A stretch of DNA of 18,621 bases from Atribacterota bacterium (GTDB taxonomy: Bacteria; Atribacterota; Phoenicimicrobiia; Phoenicimicrobiales; Phoenicimicrobiaceae), in the NCBI GenBank assembly GCA_038203565.1, contig JBBRDV010000023.1:1-18621 (forward strand), read 5' to 3'. Every line of letters begins with the position of its first letter. Position 1 is the stretch's first letter. Shown here piece by piece: positions 1-7,838 of the stretch. Below the pieces are notes generated by a model. That model was not told the DNA's origin. It ran no database searches and saw only the letters and a list, made by a program, of their open reading frames with translations. The position numbers and the translations under genes were made by a program.

Positions 1-1
1 A

Positions 2-214
2 AAGCTTGCTGTATCAAAGTTAAAAGATTTAAATATTGATACCATTATGCTTACCGGAGATAACCGTGAAACTGCCCAGGCTATAGCGCACCGGGTGGGG
101 ATAGAAAAAGTATTCTCTGAAGTGAAGCCTCAAGATAAACTGAATATTGTTAGGGAATATCAACAAAAAGGCTCAACTAATTATCATTCCGTTAAGCGGG
201 GGAACAAGCCTTAA
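2..214 (+). pseudogene. Heavy-metal (P1B-type) ATPase, partial at the window edge and 3'-truncated
   Basis: Frame +2, not in the ORF track, reads KLAVSKLKDLNIDTIMLTGDNRETAQAIAHRVGIEKVFSEVKPQDKLNIVREYQQKG. This has the P-type TGDN motif and the P1B V.P.DK segment. It then diverges (STNYHSVKRGNKP*, stop 212-214) where VAMVGDGINDAP is expected. Confidence 0.85.
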
Positions 215-548
215 GATAAGCAAGTATTCCTCTTCCAGAGTAAGTAAGATTGACTCTAAGGAAAAAGAGGTTTACTATCGTGATGCCGCAAAATTATATA
301 AGAAAAAAATTACTGTTCCCTTAATCTTGGTCGGGGGGATCCGCTCTTACGAGGTGGCAAAGGAGCTGTTAGAAAAAGATTTAGCAGATTATGTTTCACT
401 ATGCCGTCCTTTAATTAGAGAACCAGATCTGATTAAGCGTTGGCAGGAAGGTGATATCAAAAGAGCTACCTGTATCTCATGTAATAAATGTTTCGTGCCA
501 ACAAGAGCAGGAGAGGGCATATATTGCGTAGTAGAAAATCAAAGATAG
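192..548 (+). pseudogene. NADH:flavin oxidoreductase (old yellow enzyme family), C-terminal fragment only
   Basis: LSGGT...PLILVGGIRSYEVA...ADYVSLCRPLIREPDLIKRW...CISCNKC matches the C-terminal third of OYE-family proteins. Similarity starts abruptly near 192 and the N-terminal part is absent. Confidence 0.8.
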
Positions 549-688
549 AGTAATTTTTATATTGATTAAAAAAGATTTAAGAGGCGAGATATAGACTTTT
601 TATACCACACTCTATATACTGATTTAATTATAATTACTAATATTCTAAGCGATTAATAATAGTTATAGATGAAGGTAATACAGGTATT

Positions 689-1156
689 ATGAGAAGAAAA
701 GATAGGGAAATAGTTGATGAAAAAGTGATGATATCCATTATTGAAAAAGCAATTATTTGCCGGGTAGGAATGTGTTGGCAAGATGAGCCTTATGTGATAC
801 CCATGAATTTTGGTTATCGGGATAATTATATTTATCTGCATTCAGCCAGGGAAGGACGGAAGCTGGATACTCTTCGGAATAATGATAAGGTTTGTATAGA
901 ATTTGATGTTGATGTAGAACTGGTACAATCTCAAAAAGCGTGCAATACCGAAATGAAGTATAAGAGTGTCCTGGCCTTTGGAAAAGCGGTTATTTTAAAA
1001 GATATTGTAGAAAAGAAAAAAGCTTTGGATATTATAATGCACCACTATTATAATCATGATTCTTTATCTGTATTTTATTACCCGGAGGATGCTCTGGAAA
1101 AAGTAATTATTATTAAAGTAAGAGTTAAAGAAATGACCGGGAAGGAGTCATTATAA
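689..1156 (+). CDS. Pyridoxamine 5'-phosphate oxidase-like flavin-binding protein (Nim/nitroimidazole reductase-like)
   Basis: 155 aa with MRRKDREI start, PYVIPMNF, YLHSAREGRKLD, KVCIEF and YKSVLAFGKA motifs. Confidence 0.85.
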   Translation: MRRKDREIVDEKVMISIIEKAIICRVGMCWQDEPYVIPMNFGYRDNYIYLHSAREGRKLDTLRNNDKVCIEFDVDVELVQSQKACNTEMKYKSVLAFGKAVILKDIVEKKKALDIIMHHYYNHDSLSVFYYPEDALEKVIIIKVRVKEMTGKESL

Positions 1157-1238
1157 AGGAGATTTGAGGAGAAGTATCGGTTATTTTATGGTTTTGATAA
1201 TCCTGCTACTTTGAAAAAAAGAAAAAAACCTAAGAGAA

Positions 1239-1322
1239 GGTTCGGAAAAATCCCTCATTAAAATTTCCCCTAAAGAATTGCTGAAAGCCAATCAAGGACA
1301 GGTAGTAAGAATAAGAAAATAG
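1239..1322 (+). pseudogene. Probable C-terminal remnant of a YbaK/EbsC (aminoacyl-tRNA editing) family gene
   Basis: GSEKSLIKISPKELLKANQGQVVRIRK* resembles the YbaK C-terminus (GGG...L..ISP.EL). There is an in-frame TGA at 1212-1214 and no start codon after it. Recognised from memory of the family. Confidence 0.4.
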
Positions 1323-1379
1323 AGTCTGACAGAAAAAGGCTCTGCTCGGTTTATTAAGTGAAGTATTTATTAAGTTTAC

Positions 1380-1408
1380 TTGCAATTTTTAAAAAAAAGA
1401 ATTATATT
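1380..1408 (+). promoter_or_regulatory. Putative sigma70 promoter for the MFS gene
   Basis: TTGCAA (1380-1385), 17 nt spacer, TATATT (1403-1408), ending 34 nt before ATG 1443. Confidence 0.55.
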
Positions 1409-1442
1409 AGTTAGATATATTAACCAGAGGTCAAAGAAGAAA

Positions 1443-2636
1443 ATGCCTGATAAAGATAAAAAAGAAATAAAGTCAAAATTGAAACTAAATGCTTTAGGCC
1501 ATTCCTATAATGATATGTATTTTTTTATTATACCTTTGCTCTTGCCTCTTTTTAGGGAAGAATTTGGTATCAATTATGTTCAATCGGGACTCATTTTAAC
1601 TATTCACGTTGCTTTAAGGTCATTCTTTTCCTTGCTATTCGGATACTTTGGAGATAAATATGAGAAGAAAGTGATTATAGCTAGCGGCTTTGTATTCTCC
1701 TCTATTTTTTTGGGAGGCTTGGTCTGGTTAAATAATATCCACACTATTGTTACTTTTTTGTTTTTAATAGCTATTGGTGTTTCCACTTTTCACCCCTTAG
1801 CAACTGCCATGGTGAGAGAAAATTCTAAGAAACATCAGAGGGGACGTTATTTAAGTCTATTTTCAGCTGCGGGAACAGCAGGAATAATCGTTGCCAGTCT
1901 ATTGTTTGGGTTTTTGGTTCAAATATGGGGATGGAAAATAACCTGCTTGCTGCTCTCTTTGCCCGGTTATTTTTTGGGTTACGCCTATCTAAAATCAAGA
2001 AAGGATAAAAAAAATCTTAAAACAGAAGCAGAGGAGAAAATCAAACCAGGGCATATTAATTTATTTTTTATTGGCATGGGTATTCGAAGCCTGGGATTAT
2101 GGGCTATTCTTTCCTTTCTTCCTCTTTACGCTACAGATTATCTCGGTTTAAAACCCGAGTTTTCTGCCTGGATTGTCAGTATATATTTTAGCGGAGTATT
2201 TCTGGGCAGTCTTACTTCCAGTAGAATTATTGACCAAAACCAACCACTTATATTAATATTATTAACCACTATTTGTACTACTTTTCTCATTATTGGTATT
2301 ACTTTCATTATCCAACCATTACTCATTGTCTTAATTGTGGTAATCTTGGGTATTTTAGATGGAATATTTTTTCCCTCTCAAAGCACCTGGCTAACTTTTA
2401 TTTGTCCGGTTACCCATCAAAGTAAAATTTTTGGGATAAGTATTTTTGTTGAGGGATTTTCTGCCACAATTGCTCCCACTCTCTATGGGTGGATTGCAGA
2501 TCAAAGCAGTTTAATTTGGGCTTATCGCTTAGCCGCCATTCCTCTGTTTGTTAGTTTCATTCTATTCCTGATGCTTCATTTTTTAGAGAGTAAACACGAT
2601 AAAGCTTATAAAGTGAAACTCAACCTTTCGACATAG
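1443..2636 (+). CDS. MFS transporter (Fsr-like subfamily)
   Basis: Multiple hydrophobic helices, GHSYND near the N-terminus, motif A-like GYFGDKYEKK, GVSTFHP and PTLYGWIAD. Start moved from TTG 1380 to ATG 1443, which has GAGG upstream. Confidence 0.85.
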   Translation: MPDKDKKEIKSKLKLNALGHSYNDMYFFIIPLLLPLFREEFGINYVQSGLILTIHVALRSFFSLLFGYFGDKYEKKVIIASGFVFSSIFLGGLVWLNNIHTIVTFLFLIAIGVSTFHPLATAMVRENSKKHQRGRYLSLFSAAGTAGIIVASLLFGFLVQIWGWKITCLLLSLPGYFLGYAYLKSRKDKKNLKTEAEEKIKPGHINLFFIGMGIRSLGLWAILSFLPLYATDYLGLKPEFSAWIVSIYFSGVFLGSLTSSRIIDQNQPLILILLTTICTTFLIIGITFIIQPLLIVLIVVILGILDGIFFPSQSTWLTFICPVTHQSKIFGISIFVEGFSATIAPTLYGWIADQSSLIWAYRLAAIPLFVSFILFLMLHFLESKHDKAYKVKLNLST

Positions 2637-2774
2637 GGCATTTAACACGACGTTCATTTTTATATAATATGAAAGAAAAAAATCAGAAAAATTAAGCAAG
2701 AGGAGAATATCAAGTCTCCAGGAGTCAAGAATGTTGAGGTGCGTAAAGGATTAATCTTAGTATTAGCTGTTTGT

Positions 2775-3011
2775 TTAATACCAATCGGAAGGCGGGCCGC
2801 ATGTTCCGCTTAATGAATCACAAATCTGATTATGATTTTCGGGAAAGATTAAAGTGTTTATACCTTCAACATGTTTATCAATATTGATTTCTTTGCAGTG
2901 AGTATTTACATTTTCGCTGTTTATGGAAAATGTTAATCCATAAACTAATCCTACAATAGTTAAGGAAAATAATAACACTGTGCGAAATATACCTTTTTGG
3001 GAAATTATCAT
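2775..3011 (-). CDS. Small (78 aa) exported or membrane-anchored hypothetical protein with a C-terminal CDSLSGTCGPPSDWY motif
   Basis: Strong RBS (AAGGGGG about 9 nt before ATG), a basic-then-hydrophobic N-terminus, and a position directly downstream of a riboswitch on the same strand. Confidence 0.75.
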   Translation of the reverse strand: MIISQKGIFRTVLLFSLTIVGLVYGLTFSINSENVNTHCKEINIDKHVEGINTLIFPENHNQICDSLSGTCGPPSDWY

Positions 3012-3084
3012 TTTAGTTATCCCCCTTTTTTGGGGCTTTTTATATTTAGAAAAGAGAGTATAAACAAAATATCTCTAAATAAAA

Positions 3085-3176
3085 AAAGCCGGTAGTCTGG
3101 CGGTCTTGGCACAGAAGCACTTTAGACCCATGACTTTGCGTCCTATCCTTTTGAATAGTTTGCCTTTATCAACTTT
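3085..3176 (-). ncRNA. Cyclic-di-GMP-I (GEMM) riboswitch
   Basis: Minus strand reads AAAGUUG-AUAAAGGCAAA-CUAUUC-AAAA-GGAUAG-GACGCAAAG-UCAUGGGUCUAAAG...CCAAGACCGCCAGACUAC-CGGCUUU. It shows the GGCAAA, GACGCAAAG, GUCUAA and ACCG hallmarks, and P1 AAAGUUG pairs with CGGCUUU. Confidence 0.92.
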
Positions 3177-3367
3177 CTAGTAATAATTTATTGTCTTTTC
3201 AAATTTCTTTTCTCTTTACTTATATTATTCCCCAAAAAAGATAATTTTAGACATGATTATTCCATATAAAAAAAATTTATAAAAAAGGATTTTTAATAAG
3301 AATGTAATATATAAATTAGAAAATAAAACAATTTAATAATCTGCTATATTTTTATTTCTACAAAAAG

Positions 3368-3393
3368 AGGATTTTTAAAAATTATTGTGGTAT
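3368..3393 (+). promoter_or_regulatory. Putative SigH-like promoter upstream of the diguanylate cyclase
   Basis: AGGA-N18-GTAT, compared with the Bacillus/Clostridium SigH consensus AGGA-N17/18-GAAT. A weaker copy lies at 3286-3310. Confidence 0.4.
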
Positions 3394-3672
3394 AAATATA
3401 TAGATACTTATAAAGGGGAAGAGTTATTTTTATTATTACAAGAATAGAGAATTAATTTAATTTAAAAATAATAGCAGGAAATCATTTCATCATCACCATA
3501 AAAGGGGAAAAGAAAATATGAGTAAAACAAAAGCAGTTATCAGCGAAATTTCCCAGTAACCCGGGAACAATTTCATCTTTCGTAAATCCCATAATCAATC
3601 AGAATGATTAAATAAAAGAGTATAGAAGGTCTTAAGTCTGCTGTTTAGACTTCAAAGAAAAGAGACGGATTC

Positions 3673-5214
3673 ATGAGGAAAAAAAGAAAAGACGGTAGTT
3701 TTATAGATAAATTGCTAAATAAATTCAGGCGGTTAGAGACGGAACCAAATAAACCAAACAATAAAATTAATAAAACAAATTTGAGAGCACATCCCATTTT
3801 TAGTGATACATTCGGATTTAAGAAGAACGAACAAGCACTTCAACGAAATAGGCAGGAGTTTATCGGTCTATTTAAAAATTCACCGGAAGCATTATCCTAT
3901 ACCGATATGGATGGAATTATTCTGGAAGTAAATAAACAATTTGAAGAACTTTTTGGTTATGAACTTGAGGAGATGAGAGGCAAACATATTGAAAAGATAT
4001 TGACTAATTGGCGTACACAAATTTTGGGTAGTGACCGTGTTGTTAAGGATTTGGAATTGATAGCAAAGAAAAAGAATAATAAATTAATTCACGTTTCTGT
4101 TTCTGTTACCTTAAACCAGGTGAATAAACAAACTACCGGAAAAATATTTTTACTAAATGATATTACTAATCGCAAGGCAAATGAAACAGTAAATAACGTA
4201 TTATACAATATTTCCCGCGCAGCTAACTCTGATATTTCCTTAATGCAGCTCTATCCTGTTATTCGCCAAGAACTCAGCACTATTATCGATACAACTAATT
4301 TTTACATTGCCTTATTCGATGAAGAGAAAAATAAACTTTATTTTTCTTATTATGCTGATGAAACAGGAGAAAAAGATAAGGATATTTTAGTCTCAAAATA
4401 TAGTGACTCTGACAGTATTTTTAATTATATTTTTAAAACCGGGGAGTCATTACTGCTAAATTATACTAAATATAAAGGGATGATTGCCCGAGGAGATTTT
4501 AATTCCCATGATGTAATAACCAATAAACAGGTATGGTTGGGGGTTCCTTTAAAGATAGAAAGCAAGATTATCGGCTCTATGATTTTGCAAAGTTACACTG
4601 ATCCGAACCTTTATTCTAAAAAAGATATAAGACTTATGGAATTTGTTTCTCAACAGATAGCTACTGCAATTGAGAGAAAACAGATAGAGGGAAAATTGAA
4701 ATTTCTTAGCCTGTATGACCCCCTGACTATATTACCCAATAGAGTGTTATTTTATGATCGAATGAGACAGGAAATAGCTTATGCTAAAAGAGAACAGAAG
4801 AAATTTGCTCTGATGTTTTTGGATTTGAATAATTTTAAAAAAGTGAATGATAAATTTGGCCATGATATTGGAGACCAGTTACTTCAAGAAGTAGCAAGAA
4901 AATTCAATGAACTCCTGCGGGAAGCCGATACCATTTGTCGTTTAGGAGGAGACGAATTCATTATTTTATTGCCCCGACTTAAGCAGCCCAGAGAGAATGC
5001 TGTAGATGTTGCCCGAAAAATACTTCATTCTCTTGGTGAGCCTTTCTTAATTAAGGATAATCAGATATATGTAAACACAAGTATTGGAATAGCTTTATAT
5101 CCCGATGATGGAAAAAAGGAAGAGGATTTAATAAAAAGTGCAGATAAAGCTATGTACATGGCGAAAAAAGAAGGACCTAATAATTATCATTGGGCAGGGT
5201 TTAAGTTAACCTGA
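3673..5214 (+). CDS. Sensor diguanylate cyclase (PAS-GAF-GGDEF)
   Basis: PAS segment (VNKQFEELFGY), GAF segment (WLGVPLK...YSKKDIRLMEFVSQQIATAIE), then YDPLTILPNR, DLNNFKKVNDKFGHDIGD and RLGGDEF. The RxxD I-site (READ) is intact and there is no EAL domain. Confidence 0.93.
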   Translation: MRKKRKDGSFIDKLLNKFRRLETEPNKPNNKINKTNLRAHPIFSDTFGFKKNEQALQRNRQEFIGLFKNSPEALSYTDMDGIILEVNKQFEELFGYELEEMRGKHIEKILTNWRTQILGSDRVVKDLELIAKKKNNKLIHVSVSVTLNQVNKQTTGKIFLLNDITNRKANETVNNVLYNISRAANSDISLMQLYPVIRQELSTIIDTTNFYIALFDEEKNKLYFSYYADETGEKDKDILVSKYSDSDSIFNYIFKTGESLLLNYTKYKGMIARGDFNSHDVITNKQVWLGVPLKIESKIIGSMILQSYTDPNLYSKKDIRLMEFVSQQIATAIERKQIEGKLKFLSLYDPLTILPNRVLFYDRMRQEIAYAKREQKKFALMFLDLNNFKKVNDKFGHDIGDQLLQEVARKFNELLREADTICRLGGDEFIILLPRLKQPRENAVDVARKILHSLGEPFLIKDNQIYVNTSIGIALYPDDGKKEEDLIKSADKAMYMAKKEGPNNYHWAGFKLT

Positions 5215-5331
5215 CATGGGGCAGGGTCCTTTGGCGTACTTTTTTATTAGACGAAAATAACAAATTTACCAGTTAGTTAGTATCGAAAATCCACTATTTT
5301 AAGGAATATTATAAGTAGTAAAGAGGTAAAA

Positions 5332-6381
5332 ATGCAACGGAAAAAGCGAGTTTTAGTGATTTTTACAGGAGGGACTATAGTCAGTGGTTTTCAGGGTAAG
5401 GGCAAGGTTACAGGTCCGAATAATAAAATGTTTAAATCACTGGCTAGTTATGTAGAAAAATTTTTTCAGGATAAAAAAGTAGAATTAATCTGTCAGGAAC
5501 CTTTAGGAATGCCGGGAGAAGATAGTTCTAATCTTGGTCCGGAACACTGGATAAAAATCACTTCTATTATATTAGAGGAACTTCAAAAAGGCCTTGATGG
5601 CGTGCTTATTCTTTATGGAACAGACACTATGGCTTACTTATCATCCTGGCTTAGTATTTGTTTCCCTCAAGTTCCTATTCCCATAGTTATTACCGGAAGT
5701 CAACTTACCTTAGACTATATGCCGGAAGATGTTACCGTAAATTTACGCGGGGCTGCTCAAGTGGTGTGCTCAGACTTTCCCGGAGTATGGATTTATTGTA
5801 ATTGGAAATTGATTCCCGGCGCCCGGGCACATAAAGCCCACGCCTTACATCCGGATATATTTATTACCACTAACGGCGTACCAGTCTATTTTAATCCTGA
5901 TTGGGCTCTTAAAAGCAAGAGGAGAAGTTTTTCATTAAAGATAGAATATGTTCCTTCCAATTGGATAAACAAAATTATAAATTATAATTCACAAAAAGCA
6001 CGAAATATCTATGAAAAAGTAGGTTGGTTCATGTGCCTCCCCGGAGTGGAGCAAAAGCTCAGTGAAGACAAAAAGATAGTTTGTGTCTATGGTTTTGGAG
6101 CGGGGAATGCTCCCACCAGAGTTTTAAATTATTTTCGGTCTTTTTATCTTGAAAAGGAAAAACCCTGTATCATTGCCTGCAGCCAGGCCGAAGGGGATAT
6201 TAAAAAACCTAATTATTATAAAAAGGTAGGCATTGCCTGGTTGGCACAGGATGGATTTAAGGTCTGGAGTCAGATGGATTATCCCATAGAATTTATTCAC
6301 GCGCTGGCCTGTTTTTCTTTATTGGTATCTTTTGATGACCCCGGACACATCCTCTCTAAATATTTAGAAGGACCATTTTAA
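5332..6381 (+). CDS. L-asparaginase-family protein (cytoplasmic, type I-like)
   Basis: TGGTI, EDSSN, YGTDTMAY (canonical HGTDT), ITGSQ and C-terminal GFGAGN motifs. No signal peptide. Confidence 0.85.
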   Translation: MQRKKRVLVIFTGGTIVSGFQGKGKVTGPNNKMFKSLASYVEKFFQDKKVELICQEPLGMPGEDSSNLGPEHWIKITSIILEELQKGLDGVLILYGTDTMAYLSSWLSICFPQVPIPIVITGSQLTLDYMPEDVTVNLRGAAQVVCSDFPGVWIYCNWKLIPGARAHKAHALHPDIFITTNGVPVYFNPDWALKSKRRSFSLKIEYVPSNWINKIINYNSQKARNIYEKVGWFMCLPGVEQKLSEDKKIVCVYGFGAGNAPTRVLNYFRSFYLEKEKPCIIACSQAEGDIKKPNYYKKVGIAWLAQDGFKVWSQMDYPIEFIHALACFSLLVSFDDPGHILSKYLEGPF

Positions 6382-6415
6382 TAAAAATCTATTAGGGGAG
6401 GATCTTCTGCGCATC

Positions 6416-7768
6416 TTACCACAGGCTTAAGCTCATCTTTTTCAATTCACTTCTTAAAAACAAAGCGGTAAGGATTACCGACAAAATATCGGCAGCAGGA
6501 TAGGCAAGCCAGATACCCAAAAGTCCAAGGCCAAAAATCCGTGGCAGTATTATAACTAAAGGGATAAACAATAGAACCTGTCTGAGTAAAGATAATATTA
6601 ACGAAGGCACTGCTTTCCCCAGGGATTGAAATATGGCAGCCCCTACTATCTGTATGCCGATTACTGGTATCATAGAGAGGACTATCCTTATTATGGTGGA
6701 ACCTTTTTCTATTACTTCTGCCTCACGGGTGAATACACTTATAATTGCAAAAGGGAACAGTTCTGCTATCAGCCAGCCAAAAGTGGCAATAGCGGTAGTA
6801 ATAATAAGCGATAATTTAATAGCTTCTTTTACTCTATCAAGTTTTTTCGCTCCGTAATTAAATCCTACTATGGGCTGCATTCCTTGTATCACTCCGAATA
6901 AGGGCATAAACACAAACATAATAACCCGATGAAGTATGCCTGCAATTATCAAGGCTATATCTCCACCAAAAATCCTTAGAGAATTATTTACCACGATAGC
7001 TACTACACTCCCGGTAACCTGTCTGAAAAAAGCAGCAGATCCTACAGTAAGTATTTCGATTATGATAGGCATCTTGGGTCTTAAGTGGTGCAGTTTTACT
7101 TTTAATGAACTTTTACCACTGTATAAATATTTTAATATATAGAGAAAAGAAATAAATTGAGAAATGATAGTTGCCAGGGCAGCGCCTTTAATCCCCAACT
7201 TAAAAATAAATATAAAGATCGGGTCCAAGATTATGTTTAATATTGCTCCGATGAGCATGGTGGTCATTGCTACCTTGGCGTTGCCTTCGGCTCTAATTAA
7301 GTTATTGGAAGACATAGCAAAGGAAAAGAAAATACTTCCCCAGAGTATTATAATAATGTAATCTTTGGCATAAGGCAAAATAGTTTTTGTGGAACCAAAC
7401 AACATTAATATAGGTTCGGTAAAAATAAGACCTATGGCTGCGATTATTGAACTCAAAACAATTACACACAGAAAGGAATTTCCGGCAACATAATCTGCCT
7501 TTTCTATGTCTTTTGCTCCCAGGCTTCTGGATATGGAAGAGGCTGCTCCAATTCCTATCATCTGAGCAAAAGCCATAATTACCATTTGAATGGGGAAAGC
7601 AATGGCTAATCCTCCGATAGCGATAGCGCCTACACCTCTTCCTACAAAGATAGTATCAACGAGATTGTACAATGCGTTTACTATCATACCGATAGTTGCA
7701 GGTAAAGATAAATTTACCAAAAGTTTACTTATTTTTTCTTCTCCCAACCTGGCAGTTAACTGTTTCAT
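6416..7768 (-). CDS. MATE family efflux transporter (MepA-like)
   Basis: 450 aa with LYNLVDTIFVG, NIILDPIFIF..LGIKGAALAT, QPIVGFNYGAK and SLLRQ. Confidence 0.93.
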   Translation of the reverse strand: MKQLTARLGEEKISKLLVNLSLPATIGMIVNALYNLVDTIFVGRGVGAIAIGGLAIAFPIQMVIMAFAQMIGIGAASSISRSLGAKDIEKADYVAGNSFLCVIVLSSIIAAIGLIFTEPILMLFGSTKTILPYAKDYIIIILWGSIFFSFAMSSNNLIRAEGNAKVAMTTMLIGAILNIILDPIFIFIFKLGIKGAALATIISQFISFLYILKYLYSGKSSLKVKLHHLRPKMPIIIEILTVGSAAFFRQVTGSVVAIVVNNSLRIFGGDIALIIAGILHRVIMFVFMPLFGVIQGMQPIVGFNYGAKKLDRVKEAIKLSLIITTAIATFGWLIAELFPFAIISVFTREAEVIEKGSTIIRIVLSMIPVIGIQIVGAAIFQSLGKAVPSLILSLLRQVLLFIPLVIILPRIFGLGLLGIWLAYPAADILSVILTALFLRSELKKMSLSLW

Positions 7769-7838
7769 GAATGATCTCCTATTACAATTTTTTCTTTAAA
7801 GACATTGTGTTAGATGTGGTAATTTAATATTTATTTAT

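Noticed and set aside
147..548. 133-aa ORF with a TTG start as an intact gene
   Set aside because: The first 15 codons overlap the ATPase remnant and junction in another frame. Only the part from about 192 is OYE-like.
1380..1442. N-terminal extension of the MFS gene from TTG 1380
   Set aside because: The TTG is the start of a predicted -35 box. ATG 1443 has a plausible RBS.
2669..2812. 47-codon plus-strand ORF MKEKNQK...RKGLILVLAVC..., faintly like a CobO N-terminus
   Set aside because: It has no RBS, lacks the TGxGKGKT motif and overlaps the 3' end of the convergent 78-aa gene. The evidence is too weak.
3085..3176. c-AMP-GMP-specific (GEMM-Ib) riboswitch variant with a Hypr-type cyclase
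   Set aside because: The position-20 equivalent (3164) is G, the c-di-GMP-type base, and nothing visible points to 3'3'-cGAMP.
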